64,000 nt of DNA from an uncultured delta proteobacterium (GCA_963848135.1 CAWKCK010000002.1:124001-188000), one strand, 5' to 3'; counted from the stretch's first letter, positions 29,457 to 39,713 are shown. Notes: generated by a model from the sequence alone, not told the origin. Numbers and translations are program-made.

Positions 29457-30592
29457 TCCAGGGGCATGGTGGCGACATATTTACCATCGCGTCAACTATC
29501 GGCTGTCGACCGGAAGATATCGAAGACTTTAGTAGCAACATGAACCCTCTGGGGCCGCCTGCCGATCTGTTAACCTTCCTGGAGAAATCTCTAAATCGGA
29601 TCACTTTTTTACCCGACCCCAGCGCGCGCCCGGCCATCGAGGCTTTTGCCAACCATCACGATGTGCCAGTGGGTCAAATTATGGCCGGTAACGGCACCAC
29701 ACAGCTGATTTACGCACTCCCCCAGGTGTTGGAAATTTCTCGGGCCCTGATTGTGAGCCCAACGTATTCGGACTACGCTGATGCCTGTCGGATGCACGGG
29801 GTACCGCACACCTGTTTGTTTACCTCTGATGTTAACGGTTTCATGCCCGATTTTGAGGAAATGAGATCGGCTGTCGCCGATGCAGACACGGTATTTATCT
29901 GCAATCCCAACAACCCGACCGGCCGATTGATATCCGCTGATGTCATTGATCAGCTCAGCCGCGAACTGCCGCAAATCCGATTTGTGGTCGATGAGTCCTA
30001 TCTTCCTTTTGTCGATCCCTCGCGGGGTCGCAGCCTGCTGAAAGAGCGACGGAATAATGTGATCCTGTTGCATTCTCTGTCCAAAATTTTCAGAATACCG
30101 GGGTTACGTATCGGATTTCTGACGGCATCCAGTAAAACCGTCCAACGGTTCGAATCCTATCAGAAACCCTGGAGCATTAACGGACTCGCACAAGCGGCGG
30201 TTGAGTATTTGATGACCCATGCGGGCCAGGCGGGCCGATTCATTGAAAAAACACGTCAATTCGTGCATCGGGAGAAGTCGTTTTTCGTTGACAACCTGAG
30301 ACAACACTCCGAAATAACCGTCATACCGAGCGATACGGTTTTCATATTGGCCTGCCTACCGAAAGGTCAGACAGCATCCGCGCTCAAATCCCGGCTGCTG
30401 AAACAAAAGATACTGATCCGGGATTGTTCCAATTTCAATGGCCTCAACGAGCGTTACTTTCGGATTTCGCTCAAATCGGCAGAAAACAACCGAATCCTGG
30501 TCGAGAAACTGATCCAGATCTTCCCCAAAGAAACAGCCAGGGGCCGCAAAGCCGCGTATTTTAACCCACAGCAGAAACGGTCCGCCGAATGA
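29453..30592 (+). CDS. cobD: Threonine-phosphate decarboxylase
   Basis: HGG, DFSSNMNP, CNPNNPTG, VDES, SLSK..PGLRIG, IRDCSNF. Confidence 0.93.
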   Translation: MIQGHGGDIFTIASTIGCRPEDIEDFSSNMNPLGPPADLLTFLEKSLNRITFLPDPSARPAIEAFANHHDVPVGQIMAGNGTTQLIYALPQVLEISRALIVSPTYSDYADACRMHGVPHTCLFTSDVNGFMPDFEEMRSAVADADTVFICNPNNPTGRLISADVIDQLSRELPQIRFVVDESYLPFVDPSRGRSLLKERRNNVILLHSLSKIFRIPGLRIGFLTASSKTVQRFESYQKPWSINGLAQAAVEYLMTHAGQAGRFIEKTRQFVHREKSFFVDNLRQHSEITVIPSDTVFILACLPKGQTASALKSRLLKQKILIRDCSNFNGLNERYFRISLKSAENNRILVEKLIQIFPKETARGRKAAYFNPQQKRSAE

Positions 30593-31557
30593 TGATGGTC
30601 ATTGCCGCTTTGATGGTTCTCCCGGCTGCGTTTGTGATCGATCTGTTCTTGGGTGATCCGCCACGCCTTCCCCACCCGGTTCGATGGATGGGGCGATCCA
30701 TCGAATACGGGGAACCGATATTTCGAAAATGGTTAGCAAACGATGTCCGGGCCGGTCTGGCCTTTGCCCTATCAATGGTTCTTCTGGTCTGGATCGTTAC
30801 CTCTGGCTGCGTCTATAGTGCGCATCGTTTTCATCCGGCTTTGGGGTGGTCGGTTGAGGTGATTCTGATCGCCTTTGCCCTCTCGACCACGTCTCTGCGG
30901 CAAGCGGCCGCAGCCGTTCACCGGGCTTTGAAAAAAGGCACGCTAAATTTAGCCAAGCAGCGGGTGGCTATGATCGTTGGCCGTGATGCGGACGGTCTTT
31001 CCCGTCAGGGGGTTATCCGCGCGACCGTCGAAACTGTTTCCGAAAACCTTGTTGACGGCGTGATGTCTCCGGTGTTTTATGCGGCTATTGGCGGTGCGCC
31101 GCTGGCCATGGCCTTCAAAATGGTAAGTACCCTGGATTCCATGGTAGGTTACAAGACACCGCAATATCGGGATTTCGGTAAGGCTTCGGCCCGCCTTGAC
31201 GATCTGGCCAACTTTATTCCTGCCCGGCTCTCCATTCCGGTTATTGCTGTTGCCGCTCAAATTCTTTTCGGTAGTGGTCGCAGATCATGGCGTACCGCCA
31301 TTTGCGAAGGCGGTCGGCACAGCAGCCCGAACGCCGGTAAACCGGAAGCGGCTTTCGCCGGTGCATTGGCCCTGAAACTCGGTGGGCCGAACAGCTATCA
31401 TGGTACCTTGGTGGACAAACCGTTTATCGGGACCAATTTCGGTGCGGCAGAGCGGCACCATATTCCACAGGCCTGTGAATTGATGTTTCTGAGCGCTTTT
31501 TTGTGGACCCTCGGCTGCTGGACGTGCAGCAGTCTCTATACCGTACTGGCAGTATGA
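30589..31557 (+). CDS. cbiB: Adenosylcobinamide-phosphate synthase
   Basis: GDP...HPV, IVGRD, ENLVDG, TLDSMVGY, ARLDD.AN..PAR, SPNAG.PEA. Confidence 0.96.
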   Translation: MMMVIAALMVLPAAFVIDLFLGDPPRLPHPVRWMGRSIEYGEPIFRKWLANDVRAGLAFALSMVLLVWIVTSGCVYSAHRFHPALGWSVEVILIAFALSTTSLRQAAAAVHRALKKGTLNLAKQRVAMIVGRDADGLSRQGVIRATVETVSENLVDGVMSPVFYAAIGGAPLAMAFKMVSTLDSMVGYKTPQYRDFGKASARLDDLANFIPARLSIPVIAVAAQILFGSGRRSWRTAICEGGRHSSPNAGKPEAAFAGALALKLGGPNSYHGTLVDKPFIGTNFGAAERHHIPQACELMFLSAFLWTLGCWTCSSLYTVLAV

Positions 31558-31627
31558 CCACCCGAGGCGGTTTCGCGTCTGTGCTGCGCGATATGCTTCC
31601 TAACGACACGTCATGGCAGGGCACAGC

Positions 31628-32497
31628 ATGTATCCAACGCTTTCCACATCCTATAAAAACAGGTTTGCCTTTCGTCTGGGCACCACTTCTTTCATATACC
31701 CGGACGAATATGTCGCCAACGTACAACTTCTGGCACCTCGTTTTGACGAAATCGAGATCCTAATATTTGAAAGCCGGCATGCACAGTCCTTGCCGACCCG
31801 AGATGAGATCGCCGCACTCCAAGAGCTGGCAGCAGAGTTCGGAATCCGCTACAACGTGCACCTTCCCTATGATGTGGCGCCCGGCGGGCAAAATGCTGCT
31901 CAACGTCGCCAGGCGGTGGATACTCTGCGGACGGTCATCGCGCTGACCCGTCCCCTCGATCCGACGTCCTATACGCTCCATCTGGCCTGCGGGGAGAATC
32001 ATCGTGATCCGGATGCGATCAGCCGGTGGCAGGATCGCGTCCAACAGAGCCTGGAACAGATCATTGGACCGGATATCCCCGGCCGGTTACTGTCGATTGA
32101 AAATCTGGATTATCCCCTGCAATGGCTGGACGAACTCATTGCCGCGCACGATCTATCTCTCTGTCTCGACATCGGCCACCTGCTTATTTTTAGTGGTGAA
32201 TTGACGGAAACATTTGCGCGTTACCGTGACCGTATTGCCCTTATCCACCTGCACGGTGTCCGTGGGAGCCGGGATCATTTGTCATTGGAGGAACTCACCC
32301 CTTCTTATAGACAGGCAGTGGCGACCATCCTTGAAAATTACACCGGTAGCGTTTCACTGGAAGTATTCCGGTTCGATCATCTTCAATCCTCTCTGGGGGT
32401 ACTTGAGAAATTGCAGCATTCATGGGAGGATCAGACAACACCCACTTGGGGGAGGGAGGCCAATGTACATCCAGACCCATCAAAAAATCGACCATAA
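31628..32497 (+). CDS. cbiR: Probable cobamide-remodeling phosphodiesterase CbiR (AP endonuclease 2 TIM barrel)
   Basis: GTTSFIYP, VHLP, IEN, CLDIGH, IHLHG..DH, LEVF metal-binding pattern; directly after cobS-cobD-cbiB; family call from recalled pattern plus context. Confidence 0.75.
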   Translation: MYPTLSTSYKNRFAFRLGTTSFIYPDEYVANVQLLAPRFDEIEILIFESRHAQSLPTRDEIAALQELAAEFGIRYNVHLPYDVAPGGQNAAQRRQAVDTLRTVIALTRPLDPTSYTLHLACGENHRDPDAISRWQDRVQQSLEQIIGPDIPGRLLSIENLDYPLQWLDELIAAHDLSLCLDIGHLLIFSGELTETFARYRDRIALIHLHGVRGSRDHLSLEELTPSYRQAVATILENYTGSVSLEVFRFDHLQSSLGVLEKLQHSWEDQTTPTWGREANVHPDPSKNRP

Positions 32498-32846
32498 TCT
32501 CTGTGGCCGGCCGCTCAGTATTGAAGACGGCGTCAGCAGGGTTGAAATGCTTACGACCGCAAACATGGCGGTGGATGGAACCGGCCTTGTGCATGGCGGG
32601 TTCATCTTCGGGCTGGCAGACCATGCCGCCATGATCGCCGTCAACCACCCCCATGTCGTTCTGGGGGCTGCCGATGTCAGATTCCTGAAACCGGTCAAAT
32701 TCGGCGAGACGGTTATTGCAGAGGCCCGGGTGGAAAATCGGTCAGGAAAGAAGCACATCGTTGCGACCACGGTTAAACGTGACGGTGATACGATCTTCGA
32801 TGGCTCTTTTACGTGCTTTGTGCTGGATCGCCACGTCCTCGAATAA
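32463..32846 (+). CDS. PaaI-family hot-dog thioesterase
   Basis: GLVHGGFIFGLAD, FLKPV; SD GGAGG before ATG 32463. Confidence 0.9.
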   Translation: MYIQTHQKIDHNLCGRPLSIEDGVSRVEMLTTANMAVDGTGLVHGGFIFGLADHAAMIAVNHPHVVLGAADVRFLKPVKFGETVIAEARVENRSGKKHIVATTVKRDGDTIFDGSFTCFVLDRHVLE

Positions 32847-32887
32847 AAAGCGCCTCATTACACCTCAAGCGAAGCCCAGGGAGGGCC

Positions 32888-34525
32888 ATGTCCGGGGACA
32901 GGAACACATTTGATTTTGTTATCATCGGTTCCGGTTTCGGTGGTAGCGTCAGCGCGTTGCGGTTGGCCGAAAAGGGATATTCGGTGGCGGTGCTGGAAGC
33001 CGGTCGCCGTTATCACGACCGGGATTTTCCAAAGAGCAACTGGAATGTTTCTCGATCGATCTGGTTTCCGTTTTTGCGCTGCTTCGGGATGTTGCGGCTT
33101 AATTTTCTTTCGGATGTGATGATACTCGGTTGGGCCGGTGTCGGCGGTGGGAGTTTGGGATACGCCGGTACGCTCCTGGAGCCCCCAGGCGCGTTCTACA
33201 ACAATTCCCAGTGGTCGGAAATGAAGGACTGGGAAGCGGTTTTGGCACCGCATTTCCGGACAGCCAGACACATGTTGGGAGTCCAGCGGATCAAGGACCT
33301 GTCACCGGCTGACGAAATTATGCGAGACGTTGCGGAGAGTCTTGACTGCCGTGACACTTTCCGCCTCCAGGATGTCGGGGTCTTTTTCGGAGAACCGGAA
33401 AAAACCGTTCCTGATCCCTATTTTGACGGCCGTGGACCGGAGCGTTGCGGTTGCCGCCTTTGCGGCGGCTGCATGGTCGGGTGCCGCTACAACGCCAAAA
33501 ACACACTGGTCAAAAACTACCTCTATCTGGCCGAGAGCAAGGGTGTCTGCGTGTTTCCCGAAACCAAGGCCACTCTGATTCGCACCGGTGCAGACGGCGG
33601 TTACCTGATAGACACAGTCTGTTCAACATCGGTGTTCAAGCGCAGGCCGCAGACGTTCAAAACGACACGGCTGGTGCTTGCGGCTGGCGTGTTGGGAACC
33701 CTTTCGCTTCTCCTGCGCTGCCGGGCAGAAGGGACACTGCCACGGCTCTCACCCATGCTTGGCTGCCGAGTGCGCACCAACAGCGAATCCCTTACCGGCG
33801 CTACGGCCAAAAACAAGAGTGTCGACTATTCAAAAGGTGTGGCGATCACCTCGAGTTTCTTTCCCGACGCCGTCACCCATATCGAACCGGTAAGATTTCC
33901 GGCGGGATCTGATTTGCTCGGTTTTTTGGTAGCGACCCGTTTTACAGAATATGCCCCAGCATGGTTGCGGCCGCTGAAGTGGATTGCCGGGATCCTTCGC
34001 CATCCCCTGTCCAGTTTACGCGCATTCTGGCCGTTCGGTTGGGCCCGACGCACGATCATCCTGCTGATCATGCAAACCGTAGACAACAGCCTGCGGGTAT
34101 ATCGCAAACGCCGGTGGTGGTGGCCTTTCTATCCGGCGCTCGTATCACACCGTGAACACGGCCATGCAAAGGTTCCGGCCTGCATTCTTCAAGCCCAGGC
34201 GGCCACCAAGATTCTGGCAGACAAAATCGACGGCGTACCCCAGAATGCTATTAACGAGGTTCTTCTGAACGTCGGCACCACGGCGCATATCCTCGGCGGT
34301 TGTATCATCGGGCCCGATCCCCAGAAAGGCGTCATCGATGGCCGCAACCAGGCCTTCGGATATGAAGGGCTCTATGTGGTGGACGGATCCATGCTTCCGG
34401 CCAATCTGGGCGTGAATCCCAGTTTCACGATAACGGCCATGGCCGAACACGCCATGAGTCACATCCCGCCGAAAGACAGAACCGGTTCAGAGATGTCTGC
34501 GGATGTCAACCGGGAAAACGGATAG
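32888..34525 (+). CDS. GMC-family FAD oxidoreductase, cholesterol-oxidase (ChoD)-like
   Basis: IIGSGFGG Rossmann motif, GVGGGSL, CRLCGGCMVGC, AHILGG, GVNPS.TI. Confidence 0.88.
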   Translation: MSGDRNTFDFVIIGSGFGGSVSALRLAEKGYSVAVLEAGRRYHDRDFPKSNWNVSRSIWFPFLRCFGMLRLNFLSDVMILGWAGVGGGSLGYAGTLLEPPGAFYNNSQWSEMKDWEAVLAPHFRTARHMLGVQRIKDLSPADEIMRDVAESLDCRDTFRLQDVGVFFGEPEKTVPDPYFDGRGPERCGCRLCGGCMVGCRYNAKNTLVKNYLYLAESKGVCVFPETKATLIRTGADGGYLIDTVCSTSVFKRRPQTFKTTRLVLAAGVLGTLSLLLRCRAEGTLPRLSPMLGCRVRTNSESLTGATAKNKSVDYSKGVAITSSFFPDAVTHIEPVRFPAGSDLLGFLVATRFTEYAPAWLRPLKWIAGILRHPLSSLRAFWPFGWARRTIILLIMQTVDNSLRVYRKRRWWWPFYPALVSHREHGHAKVPACILQAQAATKILADKIDGVPQNAINEVLLNVGTTAHILGGCIIGPDPQKGVIDGRNQAFGYEGLYVVDGSMLPANLGVNPSFTITAMAEHAMSHIPPKDRTGSEMSADVNRENG

Positions 34526-34532
34526 CGATGTC

Positions 34533-37500
34533 ATGCCGGATTTCACTGTTATCAGCAGTAACCGCCTCGAAATTCTTGCCGACCGGCTGTCAGAAATCGT
34601 TCGGCACCCCAAATCTTCGCCCCTTGAACCTGAGACCATCATCGTGCAGAGTCGCGGTATGGAACGCTGGGTATCGATGGCCCTTGCTCACCGCAACAAA
34701 ATTTGCGCCAATGTGTGGTATCCTTTCCCCAACACTTTTCTTGAAACCATGTTCCGCCGAATTCTGTCCGATCTTCCAGAACGATCACCCTTCGAACGCG
34801 AGATCTTGGCATTCAGAATTCTGAAAACCCTCCCCGCCATCCTGAAGAGCTTCCTGTTTTCACCCCTCCGGCGCTATCTGGCCGACGATGAAAGCGGCCT
34901 CAAAGCTTTTCAACTCTCTATGAGATTGGCCGATCTGTACGACCAATACCTGGTCTTTCGACCGGAGATGATTCTTCAGTGGGAGGCGGGGCAGAGCGAC
35001 GATTCTTCCGACACCCGCTGGCAGGCCGAATTGTGGCGTACGCTTGTCGGCGGTAAGAAAACGCCGCATCGCGCATACCTGCAACAGGAATTTTTAGCAC
35101 GGCTGAAGTCCCCATCCCTGGATCCGAACGACTTGCCGTCACGGATTTCCATTTTTGGAATTTCATATCTGCCGCCATTCCACCTGCAAAGCCTTGCCGG
35201 CCTGTCGCGGGTCGTACCGGTGAATATCTTCCTACTCAGCCCATGCCGAGAATATTGGGCCGATATACTCACCGTGAGCGAGATGTTCCGAATAACCAGG
35301 GAAACAGGGCGAAAAGCCGTTGCGGGCGAAAACCTCCACATGGAACAGGGGCATCCAATGTTGGCGTCGTTGGGGCACTTGGGAAAAGAATTTTTCTATT
35401 TGATCCATCAGTATGATGTGCAAACTGAGGATTACTTTGAAACCCCGAATGGCACCGACCTGTTGTTCCGACTCCAATCGGATATCCTGCATCTCAAAGA
35501 CCGCACAGGTCCAATATTGCGCCAGGATGACACCCCGGATACAGACACTCTGGAAAGTTTCCGAGCGACAATCCATAACGGCACTGCCGATCGATCAATC
35601 CAAATTCACTCCTGCCACAGCCCGATGCGCGAAATCGAAGTCCTTCGAGACAACCTGCTGGCCCTCTTCGAAGAGGACCCCGATCTCAAACCGCACGATA
35701 TCATCGTCATGGCGCCCGATATCGGTGTGTACGCCCCATACATCAGTGCCGTTTTTGATTCCCAGGGTGGAGAACCCCCGGTCATTCCTTATGGTATTGC
35801 CGATCAAAGCAGCGACAGGATGAGCCCTGTGGTCCAAAGCTTTCTTTCCCTGCTCGACATGCCAGGCAGCCGCTTCGGGGCGAGCCGGGTCGTCGGCCTG
35901 CTCCGCGCCGCCGGTATCAAAGAGCGGTTTCGGCTGACGAGCCCGGATGTCGATACCATTGCCCGCTGGATCTCCGATGTGAACATTCGCTGGGGGCGCG
36001 ACGCCAAAAGCCGGGAAAGAAAAGGCCTGCCCGGATACGCCGGCAATACCTGGCAGGCCGGTATCGAAAGACTCCTTCTCGGATATGCGATGCCGGGCCA
36101 TGGGCAGGCGATGTTTGCCGATATCCTACCCTATGATCACATCGAGGGCGGTGACGCCCAGATCCTGGGTCGTTTTCTCGAATTTCTCAGTCGGCTCTTT
36201 GACTGGTCCGCCCGTCTCGATCACGTTTTCTCGCCGGCAACCTGGCAGTCTCTCCTGAAAGAGATGCTCGAATGCTTTATCGCCATAAACGAGAACACCG
36301 ATAGGGACCTGCAATATCTTTACAACAGTCTGGAGGGACTCGGTGCCTTGGAGAAGTTGGCTGAATTCTCTGAACCGCTGGACCTGGAAGTGGTCCGGGC
36401 GTACATTGAAGACCATATCGATGCTGCCTCCGTCGGCGAAGGCGGGTTTCTTTCCGGCGGGGTCACCTTTTGTGCCCTGCTTCCCATGCGCAGCATTCCT
36501 TTCAAAGTGGTCTGTTTGATCGGTATGGATGCCGATGCCTTTCCGCGAGACAACCACCCCTTGGGATTCGACCTTATCGCCAGGCATTCCAGGGCCGGTG
36601 ACCGATCCCGTCGCAAGGACGACAAATATCTCTTTATAGAAGCCCTGGTATCCGCGCGCCGGAACCTCTATCTCAGTTATGTCGGTCAGAGCATTCAGGA
36701 CAACAGTGATATTCCCCCATCGGTCATCGTCAGCGAATTGATCGAAACCCTAACGACAGGATTTGGGGTCCCGGAGAGCCACCTTGTCGTCCGGCATCCG
36801 TTGCAGGCCTATTCAAAACGCTACTTTGAAGAAGGCGAACCGGAACTGTTCAGCTACTCCCAGGAAAATTTCATTGCCGCCGCCGGGGCCGGCGATTCGC
36901 GTGTCCTCGCGTCCTTTTTTACCGGACCGCTTTCGGAACCCCCAGCCGAGTTTGTTACCGTTCGATTGGCGCATCTCTGCCAATTCTTCACGCACCCGAT
37001 ACGCTATCTGGCCAAGCGGCGTCTCCGGCTTTACTTGGATGAATCGGATCAGCAGTTGGAGGACAAGGAGAATTTCAGTTTGGATGCACTGGGCCGTTAT
37101 CACCTGAAACAGGAGCTGCTCAACACCAGGATCTCAGGCCACGATCTGGGGGATCGTTTCCCTGTGCAAAAAGCCAAGGGTGACCTGCCGCTGGGTACGG
37201 TAGGGGCTGTTCTTTACGGTCAAATGGCGCAGGAAACCGATCAATTTGCCGGAGAAATATCGAAATTCATCGGGGACGAAACGGCCGAATCCCTTCTGAT
37301 CGATTTGGCCGTTGGGGGATTTCAGTTGGTTGGCTCACTGGATGGGCTGCATCGGCAGGGGCGTATACAGGTGAGATACGCGCGGCGGAAAGCAAAAGAT
37401 TGGCTCTCGGTCTGGATCTGTCACCTCGTTCTATGTACCCTAAAAGATAGGCACCATACGGCTGTTTCCGTTCTTGTCGATACCGACGGTGCCGTGCGTT

Positions 37501-37820
37501 TCCGGCCGGTCAATCGACCGGAGACCGTTCTGACGGAATTACTTGAAATTTACCGGGAAGGCTTGTGCCGTCCGGTGCACCTTTTCCCCGAATTGTCGCA
37601 CCGTTATGTGCAATTGGTCGCCGCCGACGGCAAAGATCCACAAGAGGCGACCTTATTGGTTCGAAAACAGTGGATCGGATCTGACTTCCACAAAGGAGTC
37701 ATGGAAGATCCTTATTACAAATTGTGCTTCGGCCGGAACGACCCATTTGACAATGAATTTCAGGTTCTGGCCGAGAAAATCTTTTTACCTCTCCGATTGC
37801 ATGCCGAGGATTTGGGGTAA
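34533..37820 (+). CDS. recC: Exodeoxyribonuclease V gamma subunit
   Basis: SNRLE, IVQSRGM.RW, ADLYDQY, HSCHSPMREIE, PMRSIPF, HPLQAYS; ORF open from 34503. Confidence 0.96.
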   Translation: MPDFTVISSNRLEILADRLSEIVRHPKSSPLEPETIIVQSRGMERWVSMALAHRNKICANVWYPFPNTFLETMFRRILSDLPERSPFEREILAFRILKTLPAILKSFLFSPLRRYLADDESGLKAFQLSMRLADLYDQYLVFRPEMILQWEAGQSDDSSDTRWQAELWRTLVGGKKTPHRAYLQQEFLARLKSPSLDPNDLPSRISIFGISYLPPFHLQSLAGLSRVVPVNIFLLSPCREYWADILTVSEMFRITRETGRKAVAGENLHMEQGHPMLASLGHLGKEFFYLIHQYDVQTEDYFETPNGTDLLFRLQSDILHLKDRTGPILRQDDTPDTDTLESFRATIHNGTADRSIQIHSCHSPMREIEVLRDNLLALFEEDPDLKPHDIIVMAPDIGVYAPYISAVFDSQGGEPPVIPYGIADQSSDRMSPVVQSFLSLLDMPGSRFGASRVVGLLRAAGIKERFRLTSPDVDTIARWISDVNIRWGRDAKSRERKGLPGYAGNTWQAGIERLLLGYAMPGHGQAMFADILPYDHIEGGDAQILGRFLEFLSRLFDWSARLDHVFSPATWQSLLKEMLECFIAINENTDRDLQYLYNSLEGLGALEKLAEFSEPLDLEVVRAYIEDHIDAASVGEGGFLSGGVTFCALLPMRSIPFKVVCLIGMDADAFPRDNHPLGFDLIARHSRAGDRSRRKDDKYLFIEALVSARRNLYLSYVGQSIQDNSDIPPSVIVSELIETLTTGFGVPESHLVVRHPLQAYSKRYFEEGEPELFSYSQENFIAAAGAGDSRVLASFFTGPLSEPPAEFVTVRLAHLCQFFTHPIRYLAKRRLRLYLDESDQQLEDKENFSLDALGRYHLKQELLNTRISGHDLGDRFPVQKAKGDLPLGTVGAVLYGQMAQETDQFAGEISKFIGDETAESLLIDLAVGGFQLVGSLDGLHRQGRIQVRYARRKAKDWLSVWICHLVLCTLKDRHHTAVSVLVDTDGAVRFRPVNRPETVLTELLEIYREGLCRPVHLFPELSHRYVQLVAADGKDPQEATLLVRKQWIGSDFHKGVMEDPYYKLCFGRNDPFDNEFQVLAEKIFLPLRLHAEDLG

Positions 37821-37829
37821 AATGATCCA

Positions 37830-38924
37830 TTACGCCGGTTTGACCTCGAGCGTTATTTTATCGACCGACGCCTGCGTTTCGCGCATAATGGCTTCGATCT
37901 CGCCTTCTTCGAGCCCCAACCGATCCATTTCGGTGTCATCCAGCATGAACATGACCGCATCGAGGCCGCTTTCGATCGCACCGACATTTGTCATGGCCTC
38001 AGCCATTTTAGCGATGGTATTGGCCATCGATACAATGGATACCAAATCGTCCGCGCCGTCTTCCAGAGAATCGTCCGGGCTTTTATGGTGATAACGGATG
38101 GCTCTTGCAAGTGTCTCCGGGATCTTCCAGTGTCGACATATTTCGTAACCAATTTCAGCGTGGTCGAATCCGAGAATTCGGTTTTCAGCACTCAGGAAGG
38201 TTTTGTCCCCCGGCGACAAGAATTCTTCGAACAGGCTTTTGCGGTTCAGCACCGGGCGGTCGAGAGCCAATTTACCGACATCATGGATGAGGCCGGCCGA
38301 AAAGGCATCGTTTTCAAGCGGGGGGATTTTTCGCTGGGAAATGATCTTTGAGCCGAAGGCAACCATCATGGAATGCTGCCAGAGCTTACCCGAGTCCATA
38401 CCATAGCCGTGTAGCCTGTTGCCAAGCAGGCTTGACGTTCCGGCCAGGGTTATCAACTCCCCCAAGGCCGTGTGCCCGAGCACAACCGATGCCTGTTGGA
38501 TCGACGATACTTTTCCACTCATGCCGTAATAGGCAGAATTAGCCATTTTCAGTACTTTCGTGGCGATGGCCTGGTCGGTATCGATGAGGTCCGCCACCTG
38601 TTTGGTGCTCGAATTCGGGTTATCCATGATTTCATGGGCCTTGAAAACGATCTGGGGCATCGGCGGCAGTTCCCCGAGACTTTGAAGGATTCTCTTTTTC
38701 AGATCCTCCGTTGATCCCTGGTCGTCTTTTGTGGCCGATAACGCATCACCGGAAGGCGGCATACCTGTCTCAGAAGGCCGAACCGCGCTCGAGCAACCTG
38801 GCCGCAGGTCGATCTCTATACGGGTGCCGCAATCGGGGCATGGAAATGCCAGGATTTTACCACCGGGAAGTTTGTCATCGGGTATATTGTAGCTGTTCCG
38901 GCAACTGTTACAAGTGAATTGCAT
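37830..38924 (-). CDS. HDOD-domain protein with N-terminal zinc ribbon
   Basis: CNSC...CPDC finger; LPPMP, DQAIATKVLKMANS, WQHS, LIHDVGK, DHAEIG, AIRYHH. Confidence 0.9.
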   Translation of the reverse strand: MQFTCNSCRNSYNIPDDKLPGGKILAFPCPDCGTRIEIDLRPGCSSAVRPSETGMPPSGDALSATKDDQGSTEDLKKRILQSLGELPPMPQIVFKAHEIMDNPNSSTKQVADLIDTDQAIATKVLKMANSAYYGMSGKVSSIQQASVVLGHTALGELITLAGTSSLLGNRLHGYGMDSGKLWQHSMMVAFGSKIISQRKIPPLENDAFSAGLIHDVGKLALDRPVLNRKSLFEEFLSPGDKTFLSAENRILGFDHAEIGYEICRHWKIPETLARAIRYHHKSPDDSLEDGADDLVSIVSMANTIAKMAEAMTNVGAIESGLDAVMFMLDDTEMDRLGLEEGEIEAIMRETQASVDKITLEVKPA

Positions 38925-39125
38925 CGCTTCGTTTACCTCCGATGTGGCCGAATCATCCGGTCGTTACACCAAAATTTATTTTGGCGCAAAGGACGCCCCT
39001 GAACAATCCGGTCGCATCTTGTCGTGGCCGTAAAAAACGTTCCGATATTCGAGGTTTTTTCTACGACCATTTATATCGCCCTTGTATTGCGTGATTTATT
39101 TTTGAAAAGCGGTACAACATGATTC

Positions 39126-39566
39126 TCAGGTGTCAGACGTTTGTTCTTGAATGTGGAACCAACGGCACAAGAGGTCTCTGAGATGATCCGGGGGGGAGGT
39201 TTCGTCATCTTCGAAAAGGCCGACACGCAGGGAAATTTTAATCCCGTCGCCCCATGGCCACCAAACGGCGAAGAGGATCGTACCGGTGGCTTCCGCAGCG
39301 GTGAAGATCTTCTGGCCGGGAACGATCCCAAAGATGCGGTTGAAGTAGGCGGTGAAATTCGGCGGTGCTTTTCCGATGGTCGTGAAATCCCACTGGGCAT
39401 CGAACTCCTGGGTAATAGGGAAATAGATGACATCCATATCGCATTTGTCGAATACCACCAGGGCCGTATTGAACATTTCATCCCAGCACCATTGGCACTC
39501 AGAGGGGATATTCATGCAGATCCTGGTAGAAATATCGTTAAGTTTTTCGCTTCTCGTGGATGTCAT
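39126..39566 (-). CDS. Hypothetical protein (146 aa)
   Basis: SD AGGAG before ATG 39566; protein-like composition (PGQ..F, WWPWG..ISLR); fills the gap. Confidence 0.75.
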   Translation of the reverse strand: MTSTRSEKLNDISTRICMNIPSECQWCWDEMFNTALVVFDKCDMDVIYFPITQEFDAQWDFTTIGKAPPNFTAYFNRIFGIVPGQKIFTAAEATGTILFAVWWPWGDGIKISLRVGLFEDDETSPPDHLRDLLCRWFHIQEQTSDT

Positions 39567-39697
39567 CGTTTCTCCTGGTTTCCGGTGCTGAGTAGTAGAT
39601 AACGGCATCAAACAGTGGGCAGACGCTGATTCCCATGACTGTCGGCCGACGGTGTTCGGGCCCGATTCGCTGAAAATGTTTCGCTTCGAGCCAAAAA

Positions 39698-39713
39698 TGC
39701 AGGAATCATGCCG
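39698..39713 (-). promoter_or_regulatory. sigma54 (-24/-12) promoter
   Basis: Minus strand CGGCATGATTCCTGCA = GG-N10-GC, next to an AT-rich tract at 39714-39755. Confidence 0.6.

Noticed and set aside
30146..30158. GGTTCGAATCC, resembling a tRNA T-loop
   Set aside because: Inside the cobD coding sequence; no cloverleaf
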